Below, one piece after another: positions 56,820-64,000 of a DNA stretch of 64,000 nt. Within the stretch, counting starts at the first letter, position 1. Each line of letters begins with the position of its first letter. The notes below the pieces were generated by a model that saw only the letters and a program-made list of their open reading frames with translations, had not been told where the DNA came from and searched no databases. Location: assembly GCA_038206475.1 (NCBI GenBank), contig JBBRAU010000001.1:71235-135234 (forward strand), in the 5' to 3' direction. This DNA is from Patescibacteria group bacterium (GTDB lineage: Bacteria > Patescibacteriota > UBA1384 > JBBRAU01). The translations under genes and the position numbers were made by a program.

Positions 56820-56955
56820 AAACAATGCAGGCGTAGCCTGTTTTTGTTTTGGCTCCTGGGGGACAGGAGTTGAACTGCCGCATGGCGGTTCGGTCGTGAG
56901 CGGAGTGAACGGGGGTACCCTGCGTAGCCAGGGGTCTGTCCGACCCCAGGAGCCA
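56820..56955 (+). repeat. tRNA-linked element B: ~118-nt insert followed by an exact 18-nt copy (GTCCGACCCCAGGAGCCA) of the tRNA-Asn 3' end
   Basis: The direct repeat lies at 56802-56819 and 56938-56955. An 18-nt perfect inverted copy of the tRNA 3' end plus trailer (56808-56825 vs 56844-56861) forms a long hairpin. It shares conserved blocks with element A. Confidence 0.5.
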
Positions 56956-57021
56956 ATACCGAGATTTAGAAGATTAAGCATCGCGGCCCTTGACGCAATG
57001 CTGATTGTAGTATTTTATGGA

Positions 57022-58743
57022 TTATCCGAAGGTGAAGGCAAAAGCCTCAATGCTTGGACTTTCGAAGATAAGGGTAAGGACGTGCCAGTCTCCCGCAGTC
57101 TTCAAATGAATTAGGTGGTACAGTCGATCTTCGGAAATCTGGAAGTTGCCATTTTTGACGTCGGCTCCGCCCGAAGCACCCGCTGCCTTGCCATCAAGCA
57201 GTACCCGCACGGTGGCGGAAACGCCGTTTTGCGGCTTCATAACCAAATAAACGTCTTTACCGGTAAAATGGAATGAGAGCGAATCTCCGGATGCGCTGGA
57301 AGTAATAGAGTCGGTTCCGCTTTGCCAGTTTCCAGAAAGGCCCCATTCGTTATTGCCAAGTTTCAGCGGATTAGTTTCCGATGAGTACCTATCCCGGCGC
57401 GCCAAACCCAAATAGGTTTCTGGAGACTGCTGTTCATGGGGAGTGGTATCGGACAGCTTTGGTGCCATGGAGGGCAGGGCGGAAACCTTGGCCTCTTTCA
57501 GAAGTGAGCGGATGTTGGCCTCAGTTTCGTCATAATTTCCCTCGCCGAAATGGGTAGCCCGCACCTGCCCCTTGGCGTCAATCAGGTACTCGGCCGGCCA
57601 ATACTGGTTGTCGTAGGCTTTCCACGTAGCAAAGTCATTGTCCTGGGCTACCGGATAGTGAATTGCGTACTGCTTGATGGCCGCTGCAAGGTTTTTGCTC
57701 TCCTTTTCGAAGGCGAACTCTGGTGAGTGTACACCCACCACCACAAAGCCCTGATCTTTGTAGGTATCGTACCAGTTGGTTATGTGTGGAAGGGTTCTAA
57801 TGCAGTTAATGCAGGAATAGGTCCAGAAATCGACCAATACTACCTTGCCTCTCAGACTTTCTACAGTGAGTGGCTTACTATTCAGCCAGCCGGTGATGCC
57901 GGAGAATTCGGGAGCTTTCCCCAGCACTGGCAGGCCTGAGGAGGCTCCGTTGATGATTTGTGAAGTGCTGGGCATGGCATTGTCGTCATTACTTTTTAAT
58001 TTTTTCAACTGACCTTTCACCAAATCGCCTTGCTCCAACTGCTGGGTTAAGCCGGAGCTAATGCTGCTTGGCAGCTTGGCCAATAAACTCGTTTGTAGCG
58101 TTCGGTCAAGGCCGAAGAGCATTGCAATTGCCGTGAACACCATGATGGCTCCAAACACCATTTGTACTTTTGGTATTGACTTATTGACTGAGCGCATGCG
58201 GCGCAATAAGCCTTGGCCGCCGTAGGTAAGAATCAAAAGCGGAATGCTAACGCCCAGCGCGTAGGCCTCGGTAATTAAAACTGAAGCAAGGGTTACAGTG
58301 CTGGAAGCGGCCAAGGATATAACTGAGGCGACAATAGGCCCAACGCAAGGCGTCCACACTAAGCCAAGGCTGACGCCAATAACGAATCCGCCTAAAAAAT
58401 CGCTGCGCTTGGAATCTATTTTCACCTGAGGAATACGGCTGCTCACCCAAGCTTCAAACGCCGCAAGCAATTTGGGCACGAGAAGCATGACGCCAAAAAC
58501 CAGAATTACGATGATGGCGAATAAGCGAAGGCCATCAGGGCTTATCCCCAGATGCCGTGTTAGCCAGCTAAGAGAAAGGGTAAAAAAGGTAAAGCTCAAG
58601 ACCAGCCCGGTTACAATACCAAGAGGCCGTTGTTTGCCGCCGCTAATCCCGGCTGAAAGCACTATCGGTAGGACCGGCAGGATGCAAGGGGCGAATATGG
58701 TGGCAATTCCGGCCAGGAACGCGAAAAGGATAAGTAAGGGCAT
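57022..58743 (-). CDS. Thiol:disulfide interchange protein: DsbD/CcdA-like transmembrane domain fused to a thioredoxin-like (TlpA/ResA) domain
   Basis: N-terminal polytopic region with conserved Cys pair (FAPCILPVLP). Periplasmic redoxin domain with WTYSCINC (CxxC). 573 aa. Confidence 0.65.
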   Translation of the reverse strand: MPLLILFAFLAGIATIFAPCILPVLPIVLSAGISGGKQRPLGIVTGLVLSFTFFTLSLSWLTRHLGISPDGLRLFAIIVILVFGVMLLVPKLLAAFEAWVSSRIPQVKIDSKRSDFLGGFVIGVSLGLVWTPCVGPIVASVISLAASSTVTLASVLITEAYALGVSIPLLILTYGGQGLLRRMRSVNKSIPKVQMVFGAIMVFTAIAMLFGLDRTLQTSLLAKLPSSISSGLTQQLEQGDLVKGQLKKLKSNDDNAMPSTSQIINGASSGLPVLGKAPEFSGITGWLNSKPLTVESLRGKVVLVDFWTYSCINCIRTLPHITNWYDTYKDQGFVVVGVHSPEFAFEKESKNLAAAIKQYAIHYPVAQDNDFATWKAYDNQYWPAEYLIDAKGQVRATHFGEGNYDETEANIRSLLKEAKVSALPSMAPKLSDTTPHEQQSPETYLGLARRDRYSSETNPLKLGNNEWGLSGNWQSGTDSITSSASGDSLSFHFTGKDVYLVMKPQNGVSATVRVLLDGKAAGASGGADVKNGNFQISEDRLYHLIHLKTAGDWHVLTLIFESPSIEAFAFTFG

Positions 58744-58866
58744 GGATTAAAAGGTCAGAACGTCGTCATAGGTGGAAAGCACCTCTTGTTTCAGGGTCTT
58801 TCCTTGAGCATCTATTCGTACAAAAGCGGTCTGGTGGGTAATAGCGTACTTTTTCTTCAAATCCTT

Positions 58867-59283
58867 TTATTGGTCGTAGTCCACCTTGACAATAACCGTG
58901 TTAGCACCAAGTTTTGAGAGATCATCGGTATTTTCCAGCTTTTTCTGGATGGCCTGGCAGTCAGGGCACCAGGAAGCATCGAAGAAGTAGACAACGTCTT
59001 TACCGTGGTCTTTGACTAAGGCTTGGACGTTCGCTTCCGAAGTATAAGAAATGAAAACAGCCCCAGTATCCTTTTTTATAGCCATAGTCTCTTGCTCTTT
59101 TTCTTTCATCATTATTACTTCATCAGCAGTGGCGGTTGGTGCGATTTCCTTTTGCATCGGTTTTTCTGACTTCATCATGATATCGGTAGCATTTCTATTG
59201 AAAAGACTGGATTGGTTTGCATAGACTGTACCTGCCACAATTACTACGAGAGCTACAACTGTTGGAACGAAGTATTTGTTCAT
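58867..59283 (-). CDS. Secreted thioredoxin-family protein
   Basis: Signal or TM MNKYFVPTVVALVVIVAG and the CxxC motif FFDASWCPDCQ. Confidence 0.6.
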   Translation of the reverse strand: MNKYFVPTVVALVVIVAGTVYANQSSLFNRNATDIMMKSEKPMQKEIAPTATADEVIMMKEKEQETMAIKKDTGAVFISYTSEANVQALVKDHGKDVVYFFDASWCPDCQAIQKKLENTDDLSKLGANTVIVKVDYDQ

Positions 59284-59294
59284 GTTCTCCTTGG

Positions 59295-59651
59295 TTACTT
59301 ATATCGATGGTACAAAAAGGCGAACAATCGGCCTGTTGCAGCCAAGCCTAGCACCGTCCAAAAGGCCATAGCCAGCTCGGAGTGGGGATAAAATATTGTT
59401 GCTGCCAGCAGACCGGCAATGACTATGTAGAGAGCAGCACTATCAGACTCAAGCTGCAGCAGATGCTCGCGCTCGTCCTTCTCACCGGCACTCACTACTT
59501 TCGTCAGAACGACCAGCAGCAAAATGAGAGCTGCTGAGACGACTGATGTTGGTCCCATGCCGAAATGTGGGGCGAACAGACGCTCTAATAAATAGATAAG
59601 CACACCGAATATGATGAGGCCGGCTAATTTTAAAGGGGCATTCGCTTTCAT
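59295..59651 (-). CDS. Small membrane protein (3-4 TM), partner of the upstream XRE regulator
   Basis: 118 aa, hydrophobic. ATGA overlap with the XRE gene at 59648-59651. Confidence 0.45.
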   Translation of the reverse strand: MKANAPLKLAGLIIFGVLIYLLERLFAPHFGMGPTSVVSAALILLLVVLTKVVSAGEKDEREHLLQLESDSAALYIVIAGLLAATIFYPHSELAMAFWTVLGLAATGRLFAFLYHRYK

Positions 59652-59851
59652 TTTTGTTCCTTTAATTGAAAGATATCTTCTACCCGTACCTTAAAAAAAG
59701 CAGCAAGCCGTAAGGCCAGGACCACCGAAGATTGATACTTGTTTTGCTCGATGGCGATCACTGTCTGGCGGATCACGCCAATTTCCTCAGCCAATCCTTG
59801 CTGAGTAAGGCCAAGCTCGGCCCGCAGTACTTTGAGTCGGTTGGTTAACAT
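59648..59851 (-). CDS. XRE-family HTH transcriptional regulator (68 aa)
   Basis: LKVLRAELGLTQQGLAEEIGVIRQTVIAIEQNKYQSS is a Cro/C1-type HTH. Start placed at ATG 59851 (MLTNRLK). Confidence 0.65.
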   Translation of the reverse strand: MLTNRLKVLRAELGLTQQGLAEEIGVIRQTVIAIEQNKYQSSVVLALRLAAFFKVRVEDIFQLKEQK

Positions 59852-60144
59852 AACTTGAATGTATGGTATACAATACATTTTGTCAAAAGTGACGTACATA
59901 TTCATGCTGGCCGGATCGAATATTAAGATATATCCCCATGATCATAAGCCCGCTGCGGGCCTTAGTTGCCATTTTGGTAGTGAGACACAGGGATGCTTGA
60001 GGTTGGGTATAGTGCTCGGCCTCTTTTTGTTCTGCCGAGTTATAACAATTTGGTATCTCAGGAGCCACGTCTAACCCAGTTTGGGTTGGGTTATTACCAA
60101 GTGTAAAAATATCGCCTTAGGCGATATTTTGTTATGGTCAGTTT

Positions 60145-60744
60145 GTGTCAGAAGGATTAGGGTTTTCCCTGGGAGAATTTGAACCACAGGTACCAGTGGA
60201 GAATTTTCTCAAACCAGAACGGCGTATATCAGTAGAAATTTCTAACCAGGCATTCGAGCATTTTCCCGAAATATCGCCTGAAGAGCTTGAATCCAAGCAG
60301 GAGCGCTATTTCCTGCTGCTTGGTAATTCAGGCATCGAAGGCAGTGTCAAAATTAACGGCGTGATGCAGCTTGAAGACACAACCGGTTTTTACCAGGAAG
60401 GCAGGGAGTCTGTTGCCGGAGTAAATATCTCAGCACTAAAATCTATAGCGGATGGGGTAAGGACGCTTGGTCCAGAATATACATCTTGGCACTTTGTTGG
60501 TGAAATGCACACCCATCCGGTGATTCAGGAAGAACTTGATGTAAATCAACGCTCACACCACCCCTCAGAGGAAGATATACAGGCATGGATTGCCTGCTAT
60601 GAACGTGGAGAATTGACTGGCGATACGCCCTTCATTTTTGCGATTGCCGGAGCTCAAGAAAATGGCAGTACTGGGTATGCGTATTATCGAGTAGTTAAGG
60701 AGAGCGATCGATTGGTGGTCGTATCTGTAGCGGAGCATGACTGA
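60145..60744 (+). CDS. JAB/MPN (JAMM-like) domain protein
   Basis: GEMHTHPV...SHHPSEEDI gives HxH ... S..D spacing resembling the JAMM metalloprotease motif. GTG start. 199 aa. Confidence 0.45.
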   Translation: MSEGLGFSLGEFEPQVPVENFLKPERRISVEISNQAFEHFPEISPEELESKQERYFLLLGNSGIEGSVKINGVMQLEDTTGFYQEGRESVAGVNISALKSIADGVRTLGPEYTSWHFVGEMHTHPVIQEELDVNQRSHHPSEEDIQAWIACYERGELTGDTPFIFAIAGAQENGSTGYAYYRVVKESDRLVVVSVAEHD

Positions 60745-60882
60745 TCAGTTATAACTTCCTGCCATCTCAGGAGCCAAGGTATTGATGTAATCAGTAAAAA
60801 ATTGTATTAGCATAAACAACTCAGGCTTTCGAGCCTGTTTTATATATTGCTTTGTAACTTGACCGAACGCATTTGGGAGAAC

Positions 60883-61071
60883 ACGATGGAGAACTTGCCT
60901 AGGCGCAACATCGGAGTGACTGGCTTCATGACCCCTCAGGAGATTGATGCCGTTCAGAAGACTTTTTCAATGCTGAATCATGAACACCGAGTACTGAACA
61001 AGGGCGGAGTCTATCCGCGCTTCATGATCGGTATTCTAGTTAGCGCCAAGACGGCAGTTAAACAAAAATAG
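60883..61071 (+). CDS. Hypothetical small protein (~62 aa)
   Basis: GGGAG SD 6 nt before ATG 60883. Followed by a clean intrinsic terminator (61064-61090: AAATAGCC-gtcaat-GGCTATTT + TTT). Confidence 0.35.
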   Translation, partial: TMENLPRRNIGVTGFMTPQEIDAVQKTFSMLNHEHRVLNKGGVYPRFMIGILVSAKTAVKQK

Positions 61072-61269
61072 CCGTCAATGGCTATTTTTGTTAGGGCCAA
61101 ATCATACCCGCAGCACATTGCGCCATATTCTTCAGGGGTAGGTATCACCGATAAATTAGCTTGAACATGGTTGTTAATGTGCGGTATTCCTCGATACGCT
61201 ACCCACTTTCAATACTTTATGGTTGACAATCACGTACGAATAGTCCATATTCACACGCAAGCTGTTGTC

Positions 61270-61308
61270 CTCGTCCCTTCGAGCGTGTTTCACGCTCGAA
61301 GGGACGAG
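61270..61308 (+). promoter_or_regulatory. Perfect 18-bp inverted repeat with 3-nt loop in the leader of the 61365 gene
   Basis: CTCGTCCCTTCGAGCGTG-ttt-CACGCTCGAAGGGACGAG. No U-tract follows. It sits between a TTGACA-containing region and the AAGGAG RBS of the next gene. Confidence 0.5.
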
Positions 61309-61364
61309 AGTGAACAATCTGACGCGCTCACAGGCGCCTATATCAACAAGGAGATGATTTTATC

Positions 61365-62282
61365 ATGAAGTCTGTAACCCCAGAGCAAGCGAGACAAGTG
61401 CTCGACTTCCTCCGAGACGGCATTCTGCCGACCCTGCAATACGCAGGGTACGACACTGTACAAGCGGCTATCTCCCGTTCCGAACGGGTGCACAAACTGC
61501 AACAGGCCGTCCGGCCTCTCATTACCGAGTTTCTCAATCCCAACCCTTACAAGGACGAAAAGAAGAATCCAAACCATGAGTTCAATTACACCACCGAGCA
61601 TCTTCCCCGTGTCGAAGAGCAGGCGGTCAAGCAACTGGCGGGCCTCGGCCTCACCGCTCAACCCATCCTCGTTCCCTTGACCGGCAAACAGGAACAGGGA
61701 GCCGACGGTATGATGGCGCTGCCGTATCTCGCCGACCTCGGTCGCAAGATGGGCATCGACAACCCGACCCGCTCCGGCTATGCCGAAGTGACGAACCGGG
61801 TGCTCACCGCCCTCAACAATTCTCACCGGTTCTACAAATACCGTAAGGCAAAGGTCGACAGTGACCATCTCCGTCTCAACGACGAAGTGGCGAGCTTGAT
61901 CGAGAAGCTGGAGAGCGAATCGACCATACCGGCCCAACCAGGCATCATTCGCTTCCATCTCTTGCCCATCAGCACCGGCGCGGTCTACGCGGGCTACTCG
62001 CCGAGAAACGCCCGTACTGATGCCTTACTCTCCGGCAACCTCCCCCTCGGCTCAGCCCACACCGGCTGCATTCTCCTGTCCTGGACGCGGCGGCTGGAAA
62101 AGTGGGAGCAGCGCCTCATCGACTGTTCTGCCGACGAGTGTCGCTTGGAGAATGGCGAGTGGCTTGGCTGCTTGTACTTCCACTTCGGTGGAGACAAGTT
62201 ACGCCTCGATGTCTGCGACGCTGGCAATGCCCTTGCCAGCACCGGATCGCCCGTGGCCTATCTCGACGCTAGGCCATCGTAG
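61365..62282 (+). CDS. Hypothetical protein (305 aa), no recognisable family
   Basis: AAGGAG RBS. Ends with an intrinsic terminator at 62306-62345 (GAGAGACAACC-aaaacatc-GGTTGTCTCTC + TTTTGTTTTG). Confidence 0.45.
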   Translation: MKSVTPEQARQVLDFLRDGILPTLQYAGYDTVQAAISRSERVHKLQQAVRPLITEFLNPNPYKDEKKNPNHEFNYTTEHLPRVEEQAVKQLAGLGLTAQPILVPLTGKQEQGADGMMALPYLADLGRKMGIDNPTRSGYAEVTNRVLTALNNSHRFYKYRKAKVDSDHLRLNDEVASLIEKLESESTIPAQPGIIRFHLLPISTGAVYAGYSPRNARTDALLSGNLPLGSAHTGCILLSWTRRLEKWEQRLIDCSADECRLENGEWLGCLYFHFGGDKLRLDVCDAGNALASTGSPVAYLDARPS

Positions 62283-62595
62283 CGTGCCATTCGCTCCTTT
62301 CACCTGAGAGACAACCAAAACATCGGTTGTCTCTCTTTTGTTTTGTTTAAAAACCAATACCCTCCGCAGTAACTCAAGAGATTGGTTTTTCAGTTAATCC
62401 TTAAAAAGACCGGCGCTTTAGCCAAACTAATGCCGAGGTACAAAATAGAAATTGCCGAGTTTGAGCTACCTGTGCAGTGCGGCGAAGAGGAGGGGGCTGT
62501 CCGCCGAGGCGTAATTGGACTCTTGAGGAGCGAGAGCTAGAGCCGCGAAGATTTCGCCGTTCCTGAGAGAAAGCAGGTATTGCTCAGCTGACCTT

Positions 62596-63066
62596 TCACC
62601 CGTCGTCCGAGACATTATGCGCTATGGCGGCGCGAATTAGTTCTTTTAAAGCTTTTTCGTCAATTTGGTCGTCCTGGTGAAAATCGATGGCGCGTCGCGT
62701 GCTGCCTTCCAGGCTTGAGTTGAAAAGACCGGAAGGGTCCTTTAGTGCGGCGCCCTTGGCGAAGGTTAGCTTGACAACATCTTTGTATACCTCGCCGGTG
62801 CAGATCATGCCTGCATGCAACCAAACCGGTACGCCAAGTGGGCTGCTGGGCTTGACCCACTTACATGCTTCAGCCACCTCGGGGTCAGCCTGCTTGATGA
62901 GAGTACGGATATGTGCGAGCATCTCACCACGCCAATCGACGAGCTCTTTGATGCGTGTGTCAATCATGCGAGATGGAGAATCTTCGGCTGTATCTTGAGT
63001 AGTTTGTGTAGAGTTATTCACCTTAGTATCGTAACGGCATACCTCACTTTGAAGCAATGGTTTCAT
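62596..63066 (-). CDS. DUF1801 (YdhG-like) domain protein
   Basis: Pattern WRGEMLAHIRTLI..ADPEV.E..KW..P..G......YKD.VKL.F.KGA.L.D resembles the YdhG/DUF1801 family. The start may be the internal Met (MIDTRIKEL). Confidence 0.45.
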   Translation of the reverse strand: MKPLLQSEVCRYDTKVNNSTQTTQDTAEDSPSRMIDTRIKELVDWRGEMLAHIRTLIKQADPEVAEACKWVKPSSPLGVPVWLHAGMICTGEVYKDVVKLTFAKGAALKDPSGLFNSSLEGSTRRAIDFHQDDQIDEKALKELIRAAIAHNVSDDG

Positions 63067-63124
63067 GGCCTTGAGGCAGGCGAGAGACGTGAGAAAAACT
63101 ACTGTCCTGCGTGTGTCTGGCCGC

Positions 63125-63439
63125 CTAGTGCGGCCGAGATTTTCTACTGAGCACCCAGCTTACCGATGGACTTATCGGCTTATCGGTGCGATGCGGGCAA
63201 CCAATCCAACAGCACGGCCGGCGTTTGCCTTCCAACAACTTTGTCCGCACGCGCTCAATATGTTCTCTACGCGTTTCTTCCTTTTTGACGAACTCAACCC
63301 AACAAATCCACTCGTTGCGCGCGAGAGGTGTAAGACCTTGCCAGATATCGCGCAACGATGCAGAAGATATGAGAGTTTTTTTTAAATCGGCTGGCACACT
63401 GTGTACCACACCACCAGCAAGTTCGTCTTTAATTGTCAT
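63125..63439 (-). CDS. YdeI/OmpD-associated-like small protein
   Basis: 104 aa; a W..L.P..R.EWI.W motif and basic C-terminus fit this small family. Confidence 0.4.
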   Translation of the reverse strand: MTIKDELAGGVVHSVPADLKKTLISSASLRDIWQGLTPLARNEWICWVEFVKKEETRREHIERVRTKLLEGKRRPCCWIGCPHRTDKPISPSVSWVLSRKSRPH

Positions 63440-63534
63440 AGCTGCATTTTTAATCAGTTGTGGTATTTATGCAACAGAGTGTATGGTTGTAAACGTTTAA
63501 TCATGTAAAGCATGAGTATGAAGATAGGAGTCTA

Positions 63535-63846
63535 GTGCACAATAACCAACTGATGGGACGGGGCACCTTGCATGGACTTGGCGTGATGGCATACTGCGCG
63601 GCTGTGTCGCAGGTCATTAGCCACAGCGACCAATTGTTTGGCCACATGGACACGGTATTGACCGGTGCCGCCTTTTTGATGCTGCTGACACTGTCGGCTG
63701 CCACTGTCGGAGCGCTCATTTTTGGCAAGCCGGCGCTTTTGTACGCCGAAGGTAAAAAGCAGCAAGCGATTATGCTTGTCGGTTACACCTTGGGCACGCT
63801 TGCTATACTGACTATTCTGCTGATGGTGGTGGTTGCTGCACGGTAG
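63535..63846 (+). CDS. Small membrane protein
   Basis: Two to three predicted TM helices (AAFLMLLTLSAATVGALIFG, LGTLAILTILLMVVVAA). Confidence 0.35.
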   Translation: MHNNQLMGRGTLHGLGVMAYCAAVSQVISHSDQLFGHMDTVLTGAAFLMLLTLSAATVGALIFGKPALLYAEGKKQQAIMLVGYTLGTLAILTILLMVVVAAR

Positions 63847-64000
63847 CGATCTGAGACATTTAGCATAAAAAAGCCAGTTTTTGCCTAAGCGCCGACAAGG
63901 CCGAGTAGGTGGTAAAATTGTAATGGCGCGTTCCTTTTGAGCGGAAGGTCAAATGACGCCTTTGTATTTCATCCCAGATTGGCCACAGACGCACTTTAGT

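Noticed and set aside
60055-60067. Similarity of ATCTCAGGAGCCA in the JAB-flanking repeats to the tRNA-Asn 3' end CCCCAGGAGCCA
   Set aside because: Only 9 nt are shared, which is most likely coincidence. The flanking repeat context (AGTTATAAC...) is unrelated to elements A and B.

Overview
The window is GC-rich (roughly 55-60% by eye), with lower-GC patches. It reads like a reduced, Gram-positive-like genome. Short pyk and valS, a FemAB homologue and a Gram-positive-style T4SS would fit Saccharibacteria/CPR, but that is a guess. The backbone is the chromosomal origin: rpmH-rnpA-yidD-yidC on the minus strand, then dnaA-oriC-dnaN-recF-DUF721 on the plus strand. Three DnaA boxes sit in helical phase just upstream of dnaN. 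Positions 9.3-27.5 kb form a minus-strand operon resembling a Gram-positive type IV secretion or pilus apparatus. It holds a VirB4 ATPase, a giant VirB6-like polytopic protein, SLT/CHAP and M23 cell-wall hydrolases and a 1238-aa LRR-like protein. I saw no relaxase or coupling protein. Housekeeping genes follow: valS, tsaD, femX-Mur ligase, ftsK, recA-recX and pyk. Next to tRNA-Arg lies a low-GC Type I R-M island, hsdM-rhuM-hsdS-T5orf172-hsdR. It is followed by dnaG, which carries a LAGLIDADG intein, and rpoD. A low-GC accessory tail at 59-64 kb holds an XRE regulator, a JAB/MPN protein and several unknowns. The most unusual signal is a pair of related elements of about 140 nt. They lie immediately 3' of tRNA-Ser(GGA) and tRNA-Asn(GUU). 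Each ends in an exact copy of its tRNA's last 14-18 nt including CCA, and the two share conserved internal blocks. I found no CRISPR array, transposase or integrase.
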